From Octopus sinensis (taxonomy: Eukaryota), in contig NC_043018.1 in the NCBI RefSeq assembly GCF_006345805.1, forward strand, positions 8,184,001 through 8,248,000: a stretch of 64,000 nt of DNA, given 5' to 3'. Positions 25,902 to 36,929 of this stretch are shown here, piece after piece. The notes beneath the pieces are model-generated. The model had not been told where the DNA came from. It made no database searches and saw nothing but the letters and a program-made list of their open reading frames with translations. The position numbers and the translations under genes are program-made. Position 1 is the stretch's first letter. The number at the start of each line of letters is the position of its first letter.

Positions 25902-28900
25902 TTACGTTATCTTTGTGTGTATTAAACTGTAGGGTACGATTTGGTTGCTCTTTCTAGTTGGTCGAACGAGGGACCACGTAGAAACTCGTTTACTCGGTGA
26001 TATTAGCAGCGTTGGGAATGGGGTATTTAGAAACGACCAAGTTTAGCAATATGTTAATACAAAGTTAGCCATGATTAAACAGGCCTGTAATCAAACCCTT
26101 AAATATCTTATTATTTTTCAGCACAGTCTACCTAGAACTACATCATTCGATGTGTCTTTTTTTTTTAAACCTGTAAACAATGATTTATAAAAAAAAACTT
26201 GACCACTATTTTTAGTTCTTTGAGCGACAATGTAGAGGGTCCCAGGGACAATCCTTCAGTGTATTCTGGATTTGTATGGATGGATCCGTTTTGTAGGAAT
26301 GACCTTCCCAATGTCTGGATCTGTACAATATATTGCCACTGAAAAACGATTGGTGTCTTAGTGGATTCCAACATTCAAATTTCAGTTTCTCAAGTTAGAG
26401 CAGTTTATAGGTGTATTGCATTAGAGAGAGAGAGCTTTTTAAGAAAGCAGGAAATAATTTCCTGCTTTCTTAAAAAGGGACACATTGGATAGTGTTATGC
26501 CAAGTTACACTTTGCTTTAAGAAATTTGCTTGGATAGTTATGGCCGGAATGTCTCCGGGCCAACATGGGATCAACCCTTTAGCATTCAGAATACTCTGTC
26601 AAGTGTAATGTTTATTTACTCATACTAATCATCATCGTTTAATGTCTGCTCTCCAGGCTGGCATGGGTTGGATGGTTTGACATGGAAAGGCAGTGAGCTG
26701 GCAGAATCATTAGCACACCGGGTGAAATGCTTAGCGGTATTTCGTCTGCCACTAGGTTCTGAGTTCAAATTCTGCCGAGGTCAACTTTGCCTTTCATCCT
26801 TTCGGGGTCAATAAATTAAGGCTTCTTTTCGTTCCCATCTACCAAATACACCCACAAAGCTTTGGTTTGCCTAAGGTTATATTAGGAGACACTTGCCCAA
26901 GGTGCTATGCAGTGGGATTGAACCTGAGACCACTTGGTTGGGAAGTAAGCTTTTCAACCACACAATTATGCCTGCATCTCTTACATGTAGCATATTTAAC
27001 GAATGAGAAGTGTTAACTGTTTCTTTTCTAGACTCTGCATAAAGTCTCTCCTGACTTCACTTGTTCCCAACTTTCCTGCTACTCTATATTATTAATCCTC
27101 TGACATCCAGCTTCTGTTACTAGAAACCTTGTCCATGTTAATCCGATTCATATTCTGTGTCTGTATATGACTGCAACTTCTTACAGATTGAATGAGCCCA
27201 TAGTAGTTCAATCCCCAGGGAAGTTACATTGATGTGGTTGATGTCTGATTAGTGTGGCGGGTTTATTCCAGGGAGTTGGAAGGAAACAGTTAAGAAAGAG
27301 GTATGTTGAATGAATTTGGGTATGGATGGAGTATGTAGCTAGTTTGCTATATCAAAGATGCAGTGATTGAAATGGCACATATCACCCATCTTGCTGGAAG
27401 GTGGGGGCCCTTAATAATAAGAAACAAGTTAAATAGTATTATGCAGAACTTTATAAGCAATAACGGCAGTGCATCAGCAAGGCCACAGCTCTGAGCTGAA
27501 ACTGGGGGAAAAAAAAAAAGCAATTGACAAGAGTGAGTGGAGGAGCTTTGATGGCAAAACCATATTCTTGCTTTTTATGATAGCATAGGCTTTGAATAGT
27601 CCATTGTTTGGGTTAGTTCATTTTTTTGTGTATAATATTTTTGACTTCTGGTGCAGTAATAATAAGGAATGTTTAATCCAAAACATTGACGGTCCAAATT
27701 CATGTGACAAAACCATTGTCAGTAAACTATTCAAAAAGAGGTAACAGTGGCATGGCTTTTTTTTTTATACTCAGGATTCTGACCTTCCTGACACCCAAGA
27801 AATCTTGATAAAGTGATCTTGAGTGTAAAGGGTTTATTAGCCTGGGCCCTAAACTGATAACACTGTGACAAAGGAGGAGAAAAGTGTACAAGAAGTGAGC
27901 AAAATCTTGTCAACGTGGACTTATAGCATATTTAGAGCAACGAACCATGCCTGTTCTTTTTATTATTGATTAAGAACAGCTCAGCTATTCCCTGTGGCAA
28001 CTGTATTGATTTTTAGTCAAATGAGCAGCCATTTCCTTCGTGTTTAGCTTCCTAAGTAGGTTGGCTCTAATTGGAGTGGAAAGAAAATTTAATCTGAAAG
28101 AAAAGAGAAAAGCAAAAGAGTTTTATGGTTTGGCTGACACAAATCTTGTTGCTGAATTCCAGCAAAACCACTGATGTATGTATGTGTATTACTGTCTCCT
28201 CCTCACATGATGGTTGTAAGCAAGTGTCTCCATCATGCAGGTGGTGTCCTTCTGGCTGATGCCAGCGCCACCTAGACTTGCTTCCGTGCCGGCGGCATGT
28301 AAAAAGCACCATTCAAATGTGGCTGATGCCAGCGCCGCCTTGACTGGCTTCTGTGCCGGTGGCACGTAAAAAGCACCAATCCAATCGTGGCTGTTGCCAG
28401 CCTCGCCTGGCACCTATGCCTGTGGCATGTAAAAAGCACCCACTACACTCATGGAGTGGTTGGCGTTAGGAAGGGCATCCAGCTGTAGAAACACTGCCAA
28501 ACCAGACTGGAGCCTGGTGCAGCCTCCTGGCTTCCCAGATCCCGGTCGAACTGTCCAACCCATGCTAGCATGGAGAACAGACGTTAAACGATGATGATGA
28601 TGATGAGTGAAGACATGTCTGGCTATGAGGAAATATTACCTTGTTTGGAAACGAGTGAGTGGTAGTTACAGGAAGAGCATCCAACTGCAGAAAAATACAC
28701 TTTAACAAATTCTGTCCAACCCATGCAAGCATGGAAATGTGGACATTAAAACAATGGTGTGTGTATCATCATTTTCAATGATGGCATGTTCTGGATGGTT
28801 TCACAGGTGGTGGTCAGCTGGGGAACAGTCCAGACTCCAATTGTCATTTTCGGTATGGTTTCTACAGCTGGATGCCCTTCCTAATGCCAGCCACCTTACA

Positions 28901-28954
28901 ATATGTTGGGTGTTTTGTACATGCCACTGGCATTGGTGCATTAATGCAACACCA

Positions 28955-29225
28955 GCACAAGTGCACTTTACATGGCACAGGCACAAGTGCACTTTACATG
29001 GCACAGGCACAAGTGCACTTTACATGGCACAGGCACAAGTGCACTTTACATGGCACAGGCACAAGTGCACTTTACATGGCACAGGCACAAGTGCACTTTA
29101 CATGGCACAGGCACAAGTGCACTTTACATGGCACAGGCACAAGTGCACTTTACATGGCACAGGCACAAGTGCACTTTACATGGCACAGGCACAAGTGCAC
29201 TTTACATGGCACAGGCACAAGTGCA
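28955..29225. repeat. Perfect 26-bp minisatellite, 10 full copies plus a partial
   Basis: GCACAAGTGCACTTTACATGGCACAG starts at 28955, 28981 ... 29189, with a partial unit at 29215. It lies inside a family C copy. Confidence 0.95.
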
Positions 29226-30477
29226 TTTTATGTTTTACATCATCATCATCATCATATAATGTCCGTTTTCCATGCTGGATGGTTTAACTGAAAACTAGTT
29301 GGCTGCAGAGCTGAACCAGGTTCCAATTTAATTTGGCACAGTTTCTACAGCTGGATGCGCTTCCTAACACCAACTGCTCAAAGAGTGTAGTGGGTGCTTT
29401 TAACCTGCCAGTTATGAAACACTGGCAGTAGCCAAGACTACAATGTCACTTGGCTCGAAAGGTCTTAAGCACAATATATTGCCAAAGGTCTCAGTCACTT
29501 GTCACTGCTTCAATGAGGCCCAAAGTTCAAAGGGTGCTTTTTACGTGCCATTGGCATGGCAGCCAGTTACACGACACCCGACATATACATGTGTGTGTGT
29601 GTATACATACATACATACATACACACGTGCATTTAGTTGCATCACTCTATGCACTGAGTTCAAATCTACCCAATGTCAGTTTTGTCCTTTGATCCTCCTG
29701 GAGTTGAACTTTCTTAGTGCTTTAAGTAGTATTTAAATATGGGGGTTGATGGCCTTGTGCCGGTGGCATGTAAAAAGCACCATCCGATCATGGTCATTTG
29801 CCAGCCTCCTCTGGCACCTGTACTGGTGGCATGTAAAAAGCACCCCCTACACTCACGGAGTGGTTGGCGTTAGGAAGGGCATCCAGCTGTAGAAACACTG
29901 CCAAACCAGACTGGGCCTGGTGCAGCCTTCTGGCTTCCCAGATCCCGGTCGAACTGTCCAACCCATGCTAGCATGGAAAGCAGATGCTAAACGATGATGA
30001 TGATGTTATCAATTGTTCTCCTTCCTCTAAGGTGTTTGGTCCTGTCCTTATCTAATAAATTATTATTAAACATGGTAAGCTGACAGAATTGTCACTATGC
30101 TGGGCAAAATGTTTAGTGGCATTTCATCCAAATTCCACCAAGGTCCTTTTGGGGCTGATGAAGTAAGCACCAGTCAAGCACTGGGGGTCAATGTAATTGA
30201 CAAGCTCCCCTCTCCCAAAATTTCAGGCCTAGTACCTATAACAGAAAAGGGATTTTTATTATATTTCTGTGGTTAAATAAACCAGTTTTACTGTTCACCG
30301 TAACCATCCTTATTAGTTTGTACCACTATATTGTGAAATGAGAGACCAGTGTGTGTTGTGTTCCTGTGTGTGTATTGTCTTGTATGGGTGTATGTGCATG
30401 TATTGGTGTGCGTCTGTTTGTGTGTATTTACATTTGTTTCACTGCAGTTTAACATGTAGCTTTCCCAGGTATATATA

Positions 30478-31370
30478 TGAAGGGGTCCCCCAAAAGTAAC
30501 TGGAAACATTCTCTGTGGGACAAGCTCATTGTAGTTCAGACTTCCACTGCTAGGAGCCACTTGATGTGACCCTCAGGCATCAGTCTTCCAAATGGCGTTG
30601 TCCAGTGAGGTTATTATACTGCCATGTAGTGTGTCTTTTTGCAGTGCTTCTCCCCTGTTTCAGTGATTTTTGCAATGGCTGAAACAAAGGAACAATGTGC
30701 TTCTGTGGGGGAAACGGCAGCTGAAACAGTTGTCATGCTTCAAACAGCTTACAAGGACACTGCCATGAGCAAAACACAAGTTTACGAGTGGTTCTCAAGA
30801 TTTAGGAATGCTCAGTTGTCACTTGAGGACCAACCTCGTTCATGGTGACCGTTGACCTCTTGAACAAATGAAAACATCATGATAATTCTTGAACTGATCT
30901 TCGAGGACTGTTACCAAACAATTGACAAACTTGTTGATATGATTGGTGTGTGTTCTAGAGGTCCTGCCAACGAATTTTGAGTGAGGAATTGCGAATGAAA
31001 AGAATTCTGGCAAAATTTGTGCCTTGCTTGCTCATGGAAGATCAAAAGCAGTCATGACTGAATGCATATCACGAACTGAAAGAACATTTGGAAGTTGATC
31101 CGAACCTTTTTTTTGAAGGTCATCACTGGTGATGAAAGCTGCTGCTATGGAATTTGCAGATGTGGAAGAGGTGAAGAAAAAACAACAGAGGCATTAAAAG
31201 GCGTCACTTTGCAAGAGTTCCAGTACTGCTTCCAACAGTGGAAAATGTGTCTGAACCGATGCATTGCTTCAAATGGGGGAATTCTTTGAAAGCGATAAAA
31301 GTGTAAACATGTAAAACTAAGTGAATTAAATAATATTGCAAAATTCCGGTTTCTTTTGGACACCCCCTCG
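30478..31370 (+). mobile_element. Internally deleted, decayed mariner transposon
   Basis: Degenerate ~28-bp TIRs (TGAAGGGGTCCCCCAAAAGTAACTGGAA / TTCCGGTTTCTTTTGGACACCCCCTCG) with TA flanks. Fragments: AETVVMLQTAYKDTAMSKTQVYEWFSRF (HTH), KVITGDESCCYG and FQQWKMCLNRCIASNG. Confidence 0.88.
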
Positions 31371-31435
31371 TACATATATTGGTTGTTTTGAATTGATTAG
31401 AACATGTAATATGATTGATTTTCACCCATTTTCAG

Positions 31436-31551
31436 GCAAGTATAAAGTTGAGATTTTTGACAAGAATGTAAATAAATATGTCCCAACCGTTCATGGGTTG
31501 GGCATACACGTTGAAGTGAAAGATCCTGAAGACAAAGTTGTTCTGTCAAGG
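31436..31551 (+). CDS. TMED9: p24-alpha exon 2a (GOLD domain)
   Basis: ccattttcAG acceptor and AGG|GTAAGA donor; 116 nt, phase 1 to 0. Encodes GKYKVEIFDKNVNKYVPTVHGLGIHVEVKDPEDKVVLSR. Confidence 0.93.
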
Positions 31552-33335
31552 GTAAGACTTGTTGTTTATGAAGTAATGTTGTTTTTGTTGCTTTGTTAGC
31601 CTCTTTCAACAGGTAATGCTAATCCATAACGTAGACAAGACACTCGTTTAGACCCCTTTCAGTTTACTGCTGGCAAAAAAACCCTCAATGTTTATTTACT
31701 GCTGTTGCAAATATGGTTCCTAATTGACAACCCTGTAATTTGTTAATTAGACAAGGATTATTATTCATTTTGGTTTTTAACTTCTACACTGACATAAAAA
31801 GAAGTATGTTATATGATAGGTTTTTGCTTTTAAACTTAAAGCAAAGACTGAAGGGTATGGTGATTAAATGAGTCAAGTTCCACCCCTTCTCATTAAGAGT
31901 TGGTTGGCATCATCATCATCGTTTAACGTCTGCCTTCCATGCTAGCATGGGTCGGACAATTTTGACTGAGGGCTGGCGAACCAGATGGTCGCACCAAGCT
32001 CCAAACTTGATTTGGCAGAGTTTCTACAGCTGGATACCCTTCCTAACTCCAACCACTCTGAGAGTGTACTTATGGGATTCCCAGATATGTCTTTGGGCAA
32101 AGATAAACTTGTTCCTCGTCTCATTTATGTCGAAGCCATTCATCTGAGAGTTTAACAATTTTTCCAGTCTCCATCATCATTAACCCCTGGACATTAATGT
32201 CCTGAGTCTGCGGACTCATAGGGCCAGTTCCCTAGTTTCCATGGCATTTAATTGATCGAGACCATAAGATTCACCTTCACCAAGAACGCTAGTCCATTGT
32301 AGGGTTACACATTTGCGGCTGAGTGGACTGGAGCAATATGAAATGAAGTATTTTACTCAAGAGCACAACACACTGACCAGGTTGGGAATGGAAGCGATGG
32401 TTTTGCAATTGGCATTGCAATGTCCTAACCAGTAAGCTATGCGACTTTAATTCAACTTCAATAAATTTGCTCCAGATCACTTTGTCTTTTCATTTCCTCA
32501 TCTACTATCCAAACACCACCCTGCCATCTGCCAAAATTTCAACATCTACAAATCATAATAGGTGCAGTGTTAACTCACCAACCATGCATCAAACTCATTT
32601 AGGCAGGAAACTTACCAAATATCCACTCACCCTCACTGAAAATCTCTCTTTCTTCTCCCTAAATGAACCCCCCCCCACCTCATTGTCACTCTCCGAACCT
32701 AATTCTTTTGTCGTCATCTCACTCACAAGGTGTTGGTCAGAGTATCATGCAGTCAGTTGGAATTGAACTGCCAAGTGAACTTCTTAACTAAACAGACCCA
32801 CCTTCATCTCTACAGACAGGCCTTTATTAAATTATATTTAAAAGCCAAAATGAAAAACAAAAACGTATTTGTTAAATCCAGAAACACCAGCACCATTCTT
32901 TAATTTTCATCACTGATTTGTCTATTTTTTTTCCAGCAGCTATCTCCTACCCCACCACTCATTCATGCATATATAATATTGATGGTTTTGTGTGAATGTA
33001 TGTTTGTTACATAACAGGTAGCCCACAAGACTCTCTCGTTCAATTTTTGCCCTCCTTTAAATTTCAAAAGCCCAAGGAGGGCAAAAAACTAAACTGTCAA
33101 ATCTTGAGGGCTGCCTGTGGTTGTTGACTCCATTAATAACCGATTGAAATCTAACAATGATTCTTTTCAGACTGTCTTGTCTATGTCTTTTTATTATTAT
33201 TATTTTTATTATTATTTTATTATATACTAACTACATTGCAGCTACCACCATCATTGGCCTACCAGCACCTCTCTAGAGTTATTCACTGACTTACATAACA
33301 TATTTCATTTTGTTTCTACAACTGGTTCCTTGCAG

Positions 33336-33451
33336 GCAAATACAAAGTACAAGTTTATGACTACGCAGTCAAGGATTACATGCCCCCTGTACAGGATATT
33401 GGAATGCATGTAGAAGTGAAAGGCCCAGACGATAACGTTGTTCTCTCAAGG
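33336..33451 (+). CDS. TMED9: p24-alpha exon 2b (paralogous alternative GOLD exon)
   Basis: Branch-like CACTGAC at 33284-33290, ttccttgcAG acceptor and AGG|GTGAGT donor; 116 nt, phase 1 to 0. Encodes GKYKVQVYDYAVKDYMPPVQDIGMHVEVKGPDDNVVLSR. Not in the ORF track. Confidence 0.9.
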
Positions 33452-36352
33452 GTGAGTTCTTGTGACAAGGGGAAGTCCTCAATTTTTTCGAAGGTGTTCT
33501 CTAGCAATTGGTCTCTTAAGAATGGTTTTTTTCCCTCTGTTGTATTATTTCACTGAATTAGGAAGCGCTAGATGACCATATCAAGGAATTGCTCATGCAT
33601 GGCCTTAGCTGTTATGGCTAAAATCAACTAAATTTCTTCTTTGTTTAGTAGCCAAAAAACAAATTTTTCATTTTTCTGTGTCAATATTTTAATATATTGA
33701 CATAACATTTCTGGTCTTTTTTCTTTTAGTTTCCAATATTTCTTAGTTTTGTCAAGCATTTTTTGAAATAGATTTTGTGGTTTTGTTTTATTATTTTTTT
33801 TTTGGTACTTTATTGACACCGGTTTTACAGGTCTGTAAATTTTTGTCTTATAGTTGGTTTCTCTTCTCCTTTGTATTGATAAATAGGACCAATACCTAGT
33901 TTCCCTATTTGGTTCTACTGAGACAAGAAGAATAAATGATATGTAAATGTGTGTGTGTGAGAGAGAGAGAGATTCGTCATACTCCACAAGTCTATTTACT
34001 GTTGGTTATAACAAGGATGAAAAGTATGAGGTTTGTATCTCTATATTATCTGCTACTGTGGTCTAGATACAGTTCATCTATTGTAAACCTGGTCCTATTC
34101 ATAATCATCATCATCATCATTTAACGTCCGCTTTCCATGCTAGCATGGGTTGGACAATTTTGACTGAGGTCTGGCGAACCAGACTCCAATCTGATCTGGC
34201 AGAGTTTCTACAGCTGGATGCCCTTCCTAACGCCAACCACTCCGTGAGTGTAGTGGGTGCTTTTATGTGCCACCGGCACGTGGGCCAGTTTGGTGGTACT
34301 GGCAACGGCCACGTCCAAATGGTGCTTTTTATGTGCCACCTGCACAGGAGCCAGTCCAGCGGCACTGGCAAAACCTTCGCTCGTATGTTTCACGTGCCAC
34401 CAGCACAAGTGCTAGTAAGGCGACGCAGTAACAATCACATAATGTAGACTTACATTTAAGATTCAACTATCGTCATCACAAAAAGGTTATTGATTTTGTT
34501 TTGACTCTTCACTTTCTCATTTCAAATCCTACCGAAGCCAACTCTTTGGCCTTCATCCCTCCATAATCAACAAAATACTAATCAAGTACTGAGGTCAATG
34601 CAATTGACCCACCCACCTCCATTTCAGGCCTTGTACCTATATAACAAACTATCATCATCATCATAAGGCTACTAGCTGGCAGAATCGTTAGCATGTCAGT
34701 TGAAATGCTTAGCAGCATTTCATCTGTCTTTGTTTTGAGTTCAAATTCTGCCAAGGTTAACCTTTACCTTTCATCCTTTCAGAGTCAGTAAAATAAGTAC
34801 CAGTTGAGCACTGGGGTTGATATAATCAATTTACCCTGCTCCCACAAAATTGCTGGCCTTGTGTCAAACCATTATTATCTGCTTATACTGGCAACTGTGA
34901 TGCATTAGGGGCAGAGGAGGGAGGCGACTGCTTTATTGTTGGCTTAAATACTTCTAAAAGAGGACCAATGTTGCTAAATCTCAATATGTCTTCTGCTATC
35001 TTTTACTGTGTATATTTTAAGGCCAACCTCAGTCAATTTACAAATCTATGCTCAATAATAAAAAAAATTAGTTCCTAGCTTCTATCCATATTCTTCTGAT
35101 GTTTCTACAATTTTCTTCACTTAATTCTTTCAGTTTGAGTGGTAAAATGGTTATGTTGTGTGTTTTTTATTCAGGGGTCAAACATTGATATTCAGGAACA
35201 GTATTAGACCTGAAGTAGTTTATCTTCTCCCTCAGTCACCATTCCTTTGTTTTACTGTTGGTTCTGACTTAGTTTGTAGTGATGGATCTCTAAAGAACTA
35301 TCCTCTACTTACTGTAAGAGATTCCATATTCCACAGACAATTGTACCCTTAATATTTGGCAGGTTCAGCATGATACTGTGACAGGAATTGGCCCTTTAAA
35401 TAGCTGGTACACTCCACCTAACAAGGACTATGGTAGAAGGCACTGCCCAAAGTAGGAGCTGTGTAGGATAAATCTAGAGACCACTTCATTGTGAAGCAAA
35501 ATTCATCATCATTCAATCTCATGTCTGTGCTCCCTTATTTGATGAAATTGGGGTATTATTGCGGTAGTTAGCATGTATCTTTGATGTTAATGAAATATGG
35601 GGCAAATGTTAGCTTTCGTATCCACCTGGAGAGGACAATGGTAAATTCCTTCACTGAGATTCTGTGTTTATGGACTTGCAGGCTGGTCCATCCGAAGCCG
35701 GTTTGGAAAGATGAAGCAAAAGAAAAATCTTAACCTAAGACCAAAGTGATTAAGACAATTCCGTGTTGGTGACAATAAAACTTAGAAGTAATATGAGACC
35801 AAAAATGGTAACAAATCCACCCAGACTATCTTGCTAGCAATAAATGACTGGCAAAGTATCTTGTGGAGATGAAATAGTACAGTTAAGAAAAAGGTTTCTA
35901 AGACTGAATCTGAGAAGACAAAGGGAATGGCAGATACTTCCTCGTGGGGTCAGTCTTGCGATCATTCATTGAGCCAGAGATATTTTGCCTGTGACCAATA
36001 TTTATAATGCTTGATGTTATTTAACTTTTAAATTCTTATCAATTTACAGGTAGTTCTTGCTTTTTGAATATCTCACAAGAATTTTCTGTTGCAAAATTGC
36101 AAAATTTAATTTTTCAAAACTTGACATACTTCAGAATGTGTGTTACCTTCCCTGTCCCTCCCTCCCAATGCAGTGTCCAAGCAGATGAACATGCAGTTGT
36201 CATCTGAACCAAAGGCCAAATTGTTAGAGCGAAGATTGGCACCACCATATTTGATCCAATTCAATGTCTCATTCAGCAAACAGTGAACGAGACATCTTGA
36301 ACTTTTCCCTTTGCTCTGGGAAATACCTCCTGCTGCACAAAATCATTATTAA

Positions 36353-36566
36353 CCCTTTAGCAATTAAACCAGCCATACCCAGCCCAAATATTCTACCTGC
36401 TTTGTGTTCACACTAGCCAGGTCTGGCTTCTCACACCTACCTCAAAATGTCATTCTAAAAATATGCAATTATATCGTCCAAGTATTGAAGCTGTGAGATA
36501 ATGCAGGATTAATTCATGCGAATAAATAAGCATCGTATTTGGCGGAGGAATTTGAATGCTAAAGGG
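36353..36566. mobile_element. piggyBac-type MITE family 1 (another copy at 46678-46896; decayed or interrupted copies at ~795-995, 16461-17062, 52574-53320)
   Basis: TTAA|CCCTTTAGCA ... TGCTAAAGGG|TTAA. Confidence 0.8.
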
Positions 36567-36709
36567 TTAACGAGGAATGATTTATAATGAATTAACTCTT
36601 AAAGCCAAGAACTACTTTTGATTTCCTAGTTCCAACATATTGAATTTTAAGAACTCACCTTCAGAATAAACAAACAAATATGACACAACAAGCTCTTTCG
36701 CAACTATAA

Positions 36710-36929
36710 CCCTTTTGTTACCAACCCGGCTGAAACCGGCTCTGGCTCTGAGTACAAATGTCTTGTTTTCATGAGTTTTCAATTAAAATCTTTCACCAAA
36801 CCTTGGTCACAATTTATGTTCCTAACACTAGCTTAATGATAACTAAGTTATTTCACTAAATTCTTTGTTATATTTAAAGTAATTGAAAGCAACACAGAGC
36901 ATCTCAAAAGAAATACGGTAACGAAAGGG
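36710..36929. mobile_element. piggyBac-type MITE family 2 (near-identical copy at 50369-50587)
   Basis: CCCTTT(C/T)GTTACC ... GGTAACGAAAGGG|TTAA. The second copy has TTAA on both sides. Confidence 0.8.

Noticed and set aside
28955-29225. CRISPR-like or repeat-protein ORFs in the 26-bp array
   Set aside because: The units are head-to-tail with no spacers, in a eukaryotic intron inside a retroelement. The ORFs are a by-product of a stop-free unit.
31600-31618. CAG|GTAATG as a recursive or alternative donor after exon 2a
   Set aside because: It is only ~60 nt from the real donor, and the extension would include an in-frame TAG. No further support.
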